A model generated the notes under the pieces. The model saw nothing but the letters and a program-made list of their open reading frames with translations. It searched no databases and was not told where the DNA came from. A stretch of DNA of 64,000 bases from an uncultured virus (IMG/VR IMGVR_UViG_3300044712_002657) (lineage: Duplodnaviria; Heunggongvirae; Uroviricota; Caudoviricetes), in IMG/VR virus record IMGVR_UViG_3300044712_002657. One strand, written 5' to 3'. This document shows positions 1 to 8,490 of this stretch, in pieces (the first letter of the stretch is position 1; each line of letters starts with the position of its first letter). A program made the position numbers and the translations under genes.

Positions 1-1857
1 CAGAACGATCCGCGCGACGAAACATTCGAACTTCAGTTGCGCAATGAAAAGTGGAAAGGCAACCAAACTCCAGCCGGCAAGAACGAATGGGCGGCAGGTG
101 TCAACGACCAACACCAGCAAACGACCGAAGGCCAACTGGAAGATTGGAAGAAAGCCGACAAGGGCTTCCTCCCGACCGACCGAACCACTGAAAAGCAACT
201 CGGGCAGGATTCCGAGAATTGGGGCCGTAGGATCGCTTCCAAGGACGACGCTCGCAAGGCTGTCGCCGCTGGCTATCAAGCCATCGCCAGAACAGCCGTA
301 GCGACAGGCGCAACTCCGGAAGAAATCCTCTCCGTCATCAACGACATGACGGCTTCTACTGGCAACCGTACAGCCGCCGAGAAGGCGATTGTCTCCCTCG
401 CTTCAATCAAGGACTCCCGCCAGACGATGTTCCGTCGCGCGAAGTTCTATGGCTCGCCCAAGACGGCGACCACATCCGAAATCGCTAACTACCTCTTGGG
501 CAGCATCGCTGACAAGGGCATGAGTGCCGAAGTCGGCTTCCAGGTCCTCGAAAACATCGCCGGAACCAAGACCGCCTCCAAGGACATCGGAGAAGCGGTA
601 GTCGCTGGTGCAAGCCAGGACCTCGCCGACGACGAATTCGATCCGACCCATCTCGCAAGCAAGAACTACCTCAAAGAAGTGCTCGCCGAAAGCAGCGACG
701 AAGAAGAAGTTAAGGTTATCTTGGCTTCCCGTGACATTGGCGTCGATCCGAAAGATACCGCCAAGTTCGCAGAAGCCGCCTTCGCAGCCGCAACCAAGCA
801 AGCCAACTCGACAGGCATCAAAGTAACTCAGAAGGTCCACGTCGCCTCCTTGGCCGACAATAAGGTTGAAGTCGCCCTCCTGGGCATTCGTGGCGAACCG
901 GTCGTTGCGGAAGTAAAGACCGAAAAGAAACCCGAAGCTAAGAAGGCAAGCGTCGAAGATCGCAAGGCTGCTCGCCGACAAGTCGTAGCTCAAATGGGCG
1001 GTGCTGTTCCGGCTGCTCCAGGCGGCGGCGGTGCTCCAGGCGGCGGACCAATGGGCGGCGGCGGCGCAACAATGCCAGCGGCTCCGGCTCCAGGCGCAGA
1101 TCCAATGGGTGGCGCAGGCGGTCCTCCGATGGCTGGTTTGGGCGGTCCTCCGGAAGCTCCAGAAGAAGAGAAGGGCGCAGACGGCGAGGCTAAGCCACCG
1201 TTGAGCACCTGCCCTGGCTGCGGCGGCGACGGCGTTGAAATTCGCTCGGGCGGCGAGTGGAACTGCGAAGACTGCGGAGCCGAAGGCACTGCGGAAATCG
1301 TCGTCCACATGACCAAGCTCCCAGGCACTCTCGAAGAGACAGAAAAGGGCACGCCAGACGCAGGCGGTGCCGACGAAGGCGGAATCGGTGATGCAGCAGG
1401 CGGCGCAGGTTTGGAAATGCCAGCAGGCGCTTCTATGCAGACCGCATTCCTCGTCACCCCGAACGTAGTCAAGGTCGCTGGCAACAAGCCAATCGGCTCG
1501 TTCTGCCCGCACTGCGGCTCGAACCAAGTCAAGACCGCCCTGAAGCAGGGTTGCGGTACCAACGAATGCAAGCTCTGCGGCGGAAGCTTCGACGTCAAGA
1601 CCGAGTTTGATCTCGCCTCGAAGGCTTTGAAGGCGACGTTGACTTGGAAGGACATGGCAGCCGAACGGTTCGCAGCAAGCAAGATCGCTGCGATCAAGGA
1701 AGCCGCTGCTAAGCAGCAAGAAATTATCCGCAAAAAGGCTCAGCTTAACAACGCTCTCCAGAAGACGGGTCTGATTGCTAAGTTCGCCAAGGCGGATACG
1801 GCTGGCAAGGCTCAAATCATCGCGACGTTCAAAGCAAAAGGCTTGATCACGGAGTAA
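1..1857 (+). CDS. 5'-truncated prohead core/internal head protein with Pro/Gly-rich linker and two zinc-ribbon motifs
   Basis: Frame is open from position 1. Contains CPGC..CEDC and CPHC..CKLC pairs and a PAAPGGGG linker. Lies upstream of the scaffold, decoration and capsid genes with similar codon usage. Confidence 0.6.
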   Translation, partial: QNDPRDETFELQLRNEKWKGNQTPAGKNEWAAGVNDQHQQTTEGQLEDWKKADKGFLPTDRTTEKQLGQDSENWGRRIASKDDARKAVAAGYQAIARTAVATGATPEEILSVINDMTASTGNRTAAEKAIVSLASIKDSRQTMFRRAKFYGSPKTATTSEIANYLLGSIADKGMSAEVGFQVLENIAGTKTASKDIGEAVVAGASQDLADDEFDPTHLASKNYLKEVLAESSDEEEVKVILASRDIGVDPKDTAKFAEAAFAAATKQANSTGIKVTQKVHVASLADNKVEVALLGIRGEPVVAEVKTEKKPEAKKASVEDRKAARRQVVAQMGGAVPAAPGGGGAPGGGPMGGGGATMPAAPAPGADPMGGAGGPPMAGLGGPPEAPEEEKGADGEAKPPLSTCPGCGGDGVEIRSGGEWNCEDCGAEGTAEIVVHMTKLPGTLEETEKGTPDAGGADEGGIGDAAGGAGLEMPAGASMQTAFLVTPNVVKVAGNKPIGSFCPHCGSNQVKTALKQGCGTNECKLCGGSFDVKTEFDLASKALKATLTWKDMAAERFAASKIAAIKEAAAKQQEIIRKKAQLNNALQKTGLIAKFAKADTAGKAQIIATFKAKGLITE

Positions 1858-1867
1858 GGATTTCCGA

Positions 1868-4564
1868 ATGCAAAAGAAGGCGGAAAGACCACTGGAAGAC
1901 GCTGACAAGTTTCCTCGTGAAAGCTTCATCGAGCAACTGTCGCGCAAGTTCGGACAAGACGCAGTCGCCCTCAGCGGACCATGCGAGGGTCAACCGTTGG
2001 TGGAATGTGTTGTTTCGCAACTCGAAAAGAGATGGAACAGGATCAAAAGTCGCTTCGCCAGTTCAGGCGACGACAAACTCATGAAACTAGCAACCAGTTT
2101 GGCGGAGAGCTACATGGAAAGAGACGATTCAATCAAGTGCGTTCAGGACCTCATGACCCTCGGCTACAAGAAAGAAGCAGCCGTAGGCATCGCCTCTTAC
2201 ATGAAGGCGTATGCTCTGGCTCCGGCAAACGACATCGAAATCGACAATAAGGTCGATCAGATTGCGCCGCCCGAAGAAAAGTTCCATTCTGAGCCGCCTG
2301 CTCCGGAATCTCCGGAAGCTCCGGCTGGCGACCTCCCGCCTCCAGAAGGCGACATTACTTCCGAAGATCCAATGGCTGACAAGCCGATGGACCTCGGTGA
2401 CGACCTTGACCTCGGTTCAGAACCAGGTTTGGGCGGCTCTGCTGACATCGGCGGAGAAGAAATGGTAACCATCCAGATCCCGAAAGAAACCGCAAAGCAG
2501 ATCGCTGACCAAGTCAATACTGCTGACACTGGCTCTACACCAGTCGGCGGCGAACTCGGCGGTGACGTTGGTAGCGACCTCGGTGCTCCAGAAGGCGGCT
2601 CCGGTCTCGACGCCTACGTCGAAGAGATGCCAGGCGAAGGCTCTGAAGTTCCAGGTGCTCCAGAAGGCGACCTCGGTCTTGAAACGAAGGACGAAGTCGT
2701 TCCAGGCGAACCAGCAGGCGAACCGAAGCAACTCGTCGAAGGCGACGAAGCCAAGGGCATTGACGAAGCAAGTCATTGCGCTGGCGAGCCGCCGTGCCCG
2801 AACTGCCCGAACGGCAGCGCGGTCGTCGTCAAGGAAGAAGTCGTAAGTCCGGACGCCATGGTCTCCATGCCAGGTTTGGACGAAGTCGCCGAAGACGCAA
2901 AGTCCGAAGGTGAGAGCTTCAAGCACGAAATCTCTGAGACTCCAGCCGAAGAAAAAGCAGAACACGCCGAAGGCGGAGAAGAGGAAGAGAAGAGCGAACC
3001 AAAGCCAAAGAAGAAAGAAGAGAAGGGCGAAGGCGAGTCGGAAGAAAAGAAGGAATCCAAGGAAGCCGCTGCAAAGCCAGGTCTCTCGAAGAAGGCTGAA
3101 GACATGAGGCGCCTCGGACCCAACATGTCGCTCAATAACACAGATCAACAAGCGGGTCACGACTCCAAGAAGTTGGGCAACGCGAAAGAAAAAACAGTCG
3201 AAGAACCGAAGCCGATTGCAGATGGCAACTTCAAGTCCGAAGGCTACGCGGCAGGCGGCGACAAGGTTCAAGACGGCAAGACTATGGGTCACGAACAACC
3301 GTTCGATGCGAAGGAGTTCGACCGCAGCAGCACAACTGGCGGCAAGTCGAGCATCCTCGGCGCAGACGAATCTTATCCGGAAGGCAAGCCGCAGGTTCCA
3401 GCAGGCAGTGCTCCAATCGGCGGCGAACAGTTTGAGGGCGGAAACTTGGCTACCAAAGGCACCGTAATCGCAGACCTTAACGTCGAAATCACGTCTAAGG
3501 GCGTCATCGTCGCCGGCAACGGAAGAAAGTTCCGCGCGACAGCTTCGATCCAGAAGTCCATGGTCGAAAGCATCAAGTCCGGAATCGCTGGCCTGACATG
3601 GGACGGCGACGCCAAGAAGTTCGCGCAAGCAATCCTCGCCATCGTCAAGAAGGCGGAGAAGGAATGCTGCAAGACCGATACTTCCAAGAAGGAAGCAGAG
3701 CACTTCCAGAACGACGCTGAAAAGAAGCCTGAAGAAGGCGGCGCGATGACTGGCAAGGGCAAGGGTACTGGCGGCGCCAAGGACGAAGGCGTAACCAAGA
3801 CCGACACTTCCAAGAAGGAAGCAAACGACTTCCAGAACGACGCCGACAAGAAGCCGGAAAAGGATGCCAGCAAGGCAGCCGCGACCAAGACTGCAAAGGC
3901 AGTTGAGGAACCGAAGGCTCTCGAAGACGGCAACGTCAAGCCAGAAGGTTACACGGCAGGCGACAACAAGTTCTCCAAAGAAACACCTGACTTCAAGACC
4001 ATCAGCAAGGAAGAAGTTTCCAAGGGCAGCAAGAGCCTCATGGGCAAGGACGAAAGCCTCCCAGAAGGCAAGCCTGACGTTCCGGCTGGCGGCGGCAAGT
4101 TGGGCAACGAAGAATTCGAAGGCGGCAACGTCTCGACGAAGGGCACGGTCATCGCGGAAAACAACGCACAGAACAGCAAGGCTAGTGAACTCCAGGAACA
4201 GTTGAACGCGGCTAAGGTCGATAAGCAGAGACTCGTTGCTGCTGCGGTCTACGTCGCTGATCTGCTCCGCAATGGGGAAATCACAGAAGCCGAATATGTC
4301 AAGGAACTCGAAAAGGCTTCCTCGATGAGCGTACCGGCAATCCAAAACCTGATCGTCTCGACCCGCAAGGCTAGGGAACGAGTAGCGGCTCGCGCTGCTA
4401 CCATCGCGGCTTCTAGACAAGCCGAGACCAAAGTCGCCGGTATGGGCGTTCCGGTTGTACAGTACAACGACACGAGCGTTGACAAGGTTGAAGCCTTGAA
4501 GAATAAGTTCGTGTCTGCCTTCAAACTGACGAGAGACCTCAACGCTCTCGACCAGATGAAGTAA
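1868..4564 (+). CDS. Acidic low-complexity scaffolding/prohead core protein with internal duplications
   Basis: 898 aa, E/P/G/K-rich with a helical C-terminus. AAGGA SD upstream. Position just before decoration and capsid genes is typical of scaffolds. Confidence 0.6.
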   Translation: MQKKAERPLEDADKFPRESFIEQLSRKFGQDAVALSGPCEGQPLVECVVSQLEKRWNRIKSRFASSGDDKLMKLATSLAESYMERDDSIKCVQDLMTLGYKKEAAVGIASYMKAYALAPANDIEIDNKVDQIAPPEEKFHSEPPAPESPEAPAGDLPPPEGDITSEDPMADKPMDLGDDLDLGSEPGLGGSADIGGEEMVTIQIPKETAKQIADQVNTADTGSTPVGGELGGDVGSDLGAPEGGSGLDAYVEEMPGEGSEVPGAPEGDLGLETKDEVVPGEPAGEPKQLVEGDEAKGIDEASHCAGEPPCPNCPNGSAVVVKEEVVSPDAMVSMPGLDEVAEDAKSEGESFKHEISETPAEEKAEHAEGGEEEEKSEPKPKKKEEKGEGESEEKKESKEAAAKPGLSKKAEDMRRLGPNMSLNNTDQQAGHDSKKLGNAKEKTVEEPKPIADGNFKSEGYAAGGDKVQDGKTMGHEQPFDAKEFDRSSTTGGKSSILGADESYPEGKPQVPAGSAPIGGEQFEGGNLATKGTVIADLNVEITSKGVIVAGNGRKFRATASIQKSMVESIKSGIAGLTWDGDAKKFAQAILAIVKKAEKECCKTDTSKKEAEHFQNDAEKKPEEGGAMTGKGKGTGGAKDEGVTKTDTSKKEANDFQNDADKKPEKDASKAAATKTAKAVEEPKALEDGNVKPEGYTAGDNKFSKETPDFKTISKEEVSKGSKSLMGKDESLPEGKPDVPAGGGKLGNEEFEGGNVSTKGTVIAENNAQNSKASELQEQLNAAKVDKQRLVAAAVYVADLLRNGEITEAEYVKELEKASSMSVPAIQNLIVSTRKARERVAARAATIAASRQAETKVAGMGVPVVQYNDTSVDKVEALKNKFVSAFKLTRDLNALDQMK
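3197..4156 (+). repeat. Intragenic duplications: ~90-aa unit (3197-3472 / 3902-4156) and 21-aa unit (3671-3733 / 3797-3859)
   Basis: VEEPK..DGN..EGY.AG..DES.PEGKP.VPAG..FEGGN..TKGTVIA occurs twice. KTDTSKKEA..FQNDA.KKPE occurs twice and is visible at DNA level. Confidence 0.9.
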
Positions 4565-4665
4565 AAAATTCCGAAAATTTTCTGCAATTGTGCAGGAGAT
4601 TAGAAAAAAGCACAGAAGAGTAAGTTAGATTCGGTAATACTCGAACAAAAACGGAGACAACAAAA

Positions 4666-5193
4666 ATGGCACTTATCCCCCTGTTCCACGTAGTCGCCGA
4701 CCACTACACGGTCGAGCCAGGCGAAGAAATCATCGAAGGCGATTGGGTCAAGATTGACAGCACGTCTGGCAACATCGTCAAGTGCGACACCGCCGGCGAA
4801 GAGCCTCTCGGTATCGCAGGCGACACGAAGTCGACCAGCACTTCCGGTCTGGCTTCCACGAACGACGCAGTCGGCGCCCAGGGCGCAACGAGCGCTTTCG
4901 TTCACCGCGTTTCGGACATGTACGACGAAACGAAGGCTTCCGGCAGAATCACCGTTTACCATGGCGGCGGCAAGTTCGCAACGAATCGCTACGGCACCGT
5001 TGCTACTACTCCGGGCGTCAAGCTCTACGTCGATGGCGACGGCAAGACGACTACTACCAGTGCTGGCGACGCCTACGTTGTCGGTCGCTTGGTAACGATT
5101 CCGGGTGCTTATGACTCGGGCGTCCCGGGCCTCGATACTTCCAACAACAGCATGTCGTTGGGTAACTTCCTCGTCTTCAAGATGAAGGCATAA
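4666..5193 (+). CDS. Head decoration/cement protein
   Basis: 175 aa, Gly/Thr-rich and beta-type (EGDWVKID, PLGIAGD, GRITVY), immediately upstream of the capsid gene; GGAG SD. Confidence 0.65.
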   Translation: MALIPLFHVVADHYTVEPGEEIIEGDWVKIDSTSGNIVKCDTAGEEPLGIAGDTKSTSTSGLASTNDAVGAQGATSAFVHRVSDMYDETKASGRITVYHGGGKFATNRYGTVATTPGVKLYVDGDGKTTTTSAGDAYVVGRLVTIPGAYDSGVPGLDTSNNSMSLGNFLVFKMKA

Positions 5194-5212
5194 TTCAGTC
5201 CACCAAACAAGG

Positions 5213-5234
5213 GTGCCCGCTGTGTGGCGGGCAC
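5213..5234 (+). promoter_or_regulatory. GC-rich hairpin in the capsid-gene leader (possible mRNA stabiliser or processing site)
   Basis: GTGCCCGC-N6-GCGGGCAC perfect 8-bp stem with no U-tract. Confidence 0.5.
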
Positions 5235-5296
5235 ATAGAATACCAGGCAACTGTTTCGGAAAATCCAAGCAGGCCTATTCAAAAGGTAACTAACAA

Positions 5297-6160
5297 ATGT
5301 TCAGCAAAACCAATCAGAACGCAGAGTACGAAGCGCTAGTCGCGCAAGCTCTCGAAACCGACGAAGGTCGTGTTGCGCTGGCCCAAGCGATGGTCGAGCC
5401 GATTCGCCGCGCCCTGGAATACCAGGCTGTCGGTCGCAAACTGCTCATGGTCGACGAGCTTCCGCAAGGTGCGCTCGCCCGCTACGAACGCGACGTCAAG
5501 AGCATCGCGTATGTCATCTCCCGCCGTGGTGCCGTTCCTGATCAGATTCAGGAAGGCGAAGAAGTGCTCGTCCCGACGTTCGAAATCGCGGTCAATCCTC
5601 AGGTCCGCCTGAGCGAAATCAAGGCTCGCCGCTTCTACATCGTCGATCGCGCACAGATCAAAGCAAAAGAGGCTATCCAAAAAGAAGAGGATAGCAACAT
5701 CTTCACGGCACTGCTCAGTGCAGTTCCGGACGCACATATCGTTACGGCTACTGGTGGCGCGCTTACACTGACCGCTCTCAACCAGGCGTTCGCGACGATT
5801 GAAGCCCACGACTTGACGGTCGCCAAGATTGTCATGCACGCACAGCGCTACGCCGACGTCCGCAATTTCGGCAAGACTGTGTACGACGAAGCAACACAGC
5901 GTGAAGTTCTGACCAGCGGTCTCTTCGGACACCTCTGGACAGCCGACATCCACGTTTCGTCCCGCATGTTGACGAACACGGTCCTCTTGCTCGCTCCGGC
6001 TGACTACGTCGGCGCGTTCCCGATCCGCCAGGACATCACGGTTCTTCCGGCCGATGACCCGAAGAAACTGCGCCTGGGATGGGTAGTGTACGAAGAAATT
6101 GGAATTTGTATCATAAATGACTACGCGGTCGCGAAGGTCACGGTAACGAGCGGCTCGTAA
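5297..6160 (+). CDS. Major capsid protein (HK97 fold, short encapsulin-sized type)
   Basis: 287 aa with pattern GRVALAQAMVEPIR..Y..VGRKLLMVDELPQGA..VPTFEIAVNP..GW..YEEIG. Preceded by scaffold and decoration genes and followed by a strong terminator. Confidence 0.85.
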   Translation: MFSKTNQNAEYEALVAQALETDEGRVALAQAMVEPIRRALEYQAVGRKLLMVDELPQGALARYERDVKSIAYVISRRGAVPDQIQEGEEVLVPTFEIAVNPQVRLSEIKARRFYIVDRAQIKAKEAIQKEEDSNIFTALLSAVPDAHIVTATGGALTLTALNQAFATIEAHDLTVAKIVMHAQRYADVRNFGKTVYDEATQREVLTSGLFGHLWTADIHVSSRMLTNTVLLLAPADYVGAFPIRQDITVLPADDPKKLRLGWVVYEEIGICIINDYAVAKVTVTSGS

Positions 6161-6194
6161 TCTACACGATACAACAAACCAGAAATGAAGTTCC

Positions 6195-6225
6195 GAAGAG
6201 GGTCCGAAAGGACCCTCTTCTTTTT
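6195..6225 (+). terminator. Rho-independent terminator of the capsid operon
   Basis: GAAGAGGGTCC-GAAA-GGACCCTCTTC-TTTTT: 11-bp stem, GNRA loop, U-tract. Confidence 0.9.
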
Positions 6226-6238
6226 GTATTATGACTTC

Positions 6239-6727
6239 ATGGAAACTCGCGTTTGTACGAAGTGCAAAATTGAAAAACCTCTGACAGATTTTCCGTCGCG
6301 GAAAGAGTCATTTCGTAGATATTGGCAATGTCGAGATTGCAACAAGAAAGGTGCCGCTGCGTGGAATAAACAAAACGCCATACATCGATTGTCGTTCCAT
6401 GCTGTCCAGCGCGCAAGGAAGTACAAAATTCCATGTACTATCGACGGACATTGGGTTGTAGCCAACATGCCAACTCATTGTCCATGCTGTCGCCTTCCGA
6501 TGCGGTTTGGTCCAGCAACAGGTCGCGGCAAACAAGCGGCAGACAGACCGAGCCTTGATCGATTGATCCCAAGCCTTGGCTACACCAAAACGAATACAAA
6601 GATAATCTGTACGCGCTGCAATATCATCAAGAACGGCGGTTCTCTTCAAGATCATCAAAACATTGTAGATTGGTTGACGCGGGAGTTATCGGGCGACACT
6701 TCTTATTCTTGCGGCGACGGCATCTAA
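6239..6727 (+). CDS. HNH/endonuclease VII-like homing endonuclease
   Basis: CTKCKIEKP..F..CRDC N-terminal zinc finger, then CPCC, SLDR and CTRCN..K. Start moved to ATG 6239, after the terminator and a TGTATTAT box. Confidence 0.8.
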   Translation: METRVCTKCKIEKPLTDFPSRKESFRRYWQCRDCNKKGAAAWNKQNAIHRLSFHAVQRARKYKIPCTIDGHWVVANMPTHCPCCRLPMRFGPATGRGKQAADRPSLDRLIPSLGYTKTNTKIICTRCNIIKNGGSLQDHQNIVDWLTRELSGDTSYSCGDGI

Positions 6728-6761
6728 AAGCGAGGGGGAGCGGCTATACCCGCTCCCCCTC
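6726..6761 (-). terminator. Rho-independent terminator ending the ncRNA
   Basis: On the - strand: GAGGGGGAGCGG-GTATAG-CCGCTCCCCCTC-GCTTTT, a 12-bp perfect stem. Confidence 0.85.
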
Positions 6762-7056
6762 ATGCGCTGCTCGACTAAAATAGATGAGAGAGTTCATAGA
6801 CCGATACGTTTAAGCGCAGTACGCGTATCGATCCGGTCAGGGTCAAACCAAGGGAACGCTCCCTTTGCGTTTGACAATTCGCCGGACTAGAGCCTGCGTA
6901 GTCCGTGTCCGCCAGAGCGCATGACGATTTGTCTTTCCAACTACGATGTCGCCTTCAACGCTCAACGACAAAGCCTCTTTTGCCTGGAGAGGTATCCAGT
7001 TGCCGACTACACACATCGGCTTTCTCAGAATGTATTCCCATCCGCATTCGAGCCAC
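6726..7056 (-). ncRNA. Putative ~330-nt structured non-coding RNA of unknown family
   Basis: Has its own TTGACA/TATAAT promoter and terminator. 5' and 3' ends pair, at least six internal hairpins, two possible pseudoknots, and no convincing ORF. Confidence 0.7.
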
Positions 7057-7062
7057 ACTTGA

Positions 7063-7090
7063 ATTATACATCAGGACCTGACGTTGTCAA
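7063..7090 (-). promoter_or_regulatory. sigma70-type promoter TTGACA-N16-TATAAT
   Basis: Both hexamers are perfect consensus and point into the non-coding structured region. Confidence 0.85.
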
Positions 7091-7359
7091 GTCTTTTGGG
7101 GTGAATTTGTACGTCTTGGTCTGGTGCGCTTTGCCTCTTCTTCTTGTTCGACTTTCTTCGCTACAACGCGGTCAACGTATTCTTGTCGCAGCTTTTTGAC
7201 TTCTTCATCGTCAATGGGCATTAGTTTCTTTTCGCGCAAAATCTCACGGATTTCCGCACCCCATTTTCCGCCTCTTATTTGATTTCCGACTGCAAGGATA
7301 GCTTGCCAACAGTTGCCGATCCTCAACATATCATCGACAAAGTCCTTAGCTGTTCGCAT
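7087..7359 (-). CDS. Hypothetical protein (90 aa)
   Basis: ATG 7359 with AGGAGG SD; overlaps the end of the upstream gene. Confidence 0.7.
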   Translation of the reverse strand: MRTAKDFVDDMLRIGNCWQAILAVGNQIRGGKWGAEIREILREKKLMPIDDEEVKKLRQEYVDRVVAKKVEQEEEAKRTRPRRTNSPQKT

Positions 7360-7909
7360 TCGCTGCCTCCTTGAGGTGAGCTTCGACCGTTTGTAGGCGT
7401 TCCTCGTCAGACATTGCAAACCCGTTCCATCTTTGAGGGAATAGGATAGCACGTCCGCCCGCTTCTGTAAAGCTCAAACACTGCTTATTCCAATCGTCGA
7501 TCAGGACGCTTCCTGGCTTGGCGCAAGCGAATTTGGCGTTCGTCAGAATGAATTTACGGAACTTCTTATCGCCTGTGAACTTCTGTAACCATCGGATCTT
7601 GCCTGCTGCACAAGTATCAGCAGACTCGGCTCGGGGCGACGACAAGATGTAGGTATCTCCATACTTGTTACACATGTCCCAAAGGCGATGCGACCATGAG
7701 TATTCGGGCATGTTAGCCCAAAAGTCGGCTCCTAGTTTATCGATACTGGTCCAGAGCGTTTCTGCGTCCCAACCGATTACGGAGGCAACGTCGTCCAAAC
7801 CGAGAGGCCAATCCTTGAGGCGATGCATCTTGTCTGGCGCGAAATGTTTGATAATTCCGCCGTACATGTCCACTAGGACGCCATCCATGTCGACTCCAAT
7901 TAACAACAT
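7346..7909 (-). CDS. HAD-family 5'(3')-deoxyribonucleotidase
   Basis: Motifs VDMDGVL, ILSSP, K..WL and LIDD. Start ATG 7909 with GGAG SD. Confidence 0.8.
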   Translation of the reverse strand: MLLIGVDMDGVLVDMYGGIIKHFAPDKMHRLKDWPLGLDDVASVIGWDAETLWTSIDKLGADFWANMPEYSWSHRLWDMCNKYGDTYILSSPRAESADTCAAGKIRWLQKFTGDKKFRKFILTNAKFACAKPGSVLIDDWNKQCLSFTEAGGRAILFPQRWNGFAMSDEERLQTVEAHLKEAANANS

Positions 7910-7920
7910 TACGATCTCCG

Positions 7921-8490
7921 TTAGACGAGGTTCATTGAAGATACCATCTCTTCGACAGAGAAGAAGACGGGGAGTCCGAGCCGTTTGGCGTACTCGACTT
8001 CCTGATCCGCACCCTTGCTTGCGCCAGGCATGCGCAAGACGCAATCGCATTTGCCGACCCAACAGAGGCAAAAGTCCATCCATTCCTGCCAAGTGTGAGG
8101 GTGCTTCATGTTCCAGAAGGCAGCCAGATGGGGACAAAACGGAACACCGCCGACCGCCATAACCTGCTCGGCGACGTCGATTGCCTTGCCAACATTCTCG
8201 AACTGGTCGCCTGTAGTGTAAGGTCCGGCGACGTAAATACAGAGTGCCTTTCTCTTTAGCTTGTCCATTCCTTTTTCGCTCCAACCTTTTTGCATTAGCC
8301 GAGCACCGAGAAGGTTCGTCTCGGCTTTGTTACGCTCGCGCTTCGACTTGGTATTTTTGAGTATTTCTTCTTGTTCTTGGATGTAAGCTCCGATGTTGTC
8401 CTTGTTCAGGACTCTCCATCCTGACTTCTTCGGCTTCGAGCAGTTCGGACAGTCGGGTCCAAGACTAAGAGGGCAGTTGCAATCGCTCAT
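7921..8490 (-). CDS. Nucleoside 2-deoxyribosyltransferase-like (DUF4406-type) protein
   Basis: IYVAGPYT...PFCPH...CD.V...SKGA..EVEYA..LGLPVF. Confidence 0.7.
   Translation of the reverse strand: MSDCNCPLSLGPDCPNCSKPKKSGWRVLNKDNIGAYIQEQEEILKNTKSKRERNKAETNLLGARLMQKGWSEKGMDKLKRKALCIYVAGPYTTGDQFENVGKAIDVAEQVMAVGGVPFCPHLAAFWNMKHPHTWQEWMDFCLCWVGKCDCVLRMPGASKGADQEVEYAKRLGLPVFFSVEEMVSSMNLV

Noticed and set aside
403..4420. Long antisense ORFs (403-1947, 2417-4420; likewise 15096-17102 and 10572-11936)
   Set aside because: They are shadows of strongly codon-biased genes on the opposite strand, with no motifs or RBS.
5297..6160. Cellular encapsulin operon
   Set aside because: The context (scaffold, decoration, neck, tube, tape measure) is clearly viral.
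6239..7056. HNH gene plus adjacent RNA as an IscB/HEARO (OMEGA) system
   Set aside because: The protein is only 162 aa with no PLMP or RuvC motifs, and it is convergent with the RNA across a terminator. A functional link is unsupported.
6726..7056. tmRNA, RNase P RNA or group I/II intron identity for the structured RNA
   Set aside because: No tRNA-like acceptor or T-arm, no Ala-ending tag frame, no GAGGAAAGUCC motif, no GUGYG/domain V, and no interrupted host gene.
6843..7199. ORFs 6843-7058(-) and 6921-7199(+)
   Set aside because: No SD and atypical composition; base-pairing explains the region better. A leaderless 71-aa product is not fully excluded.
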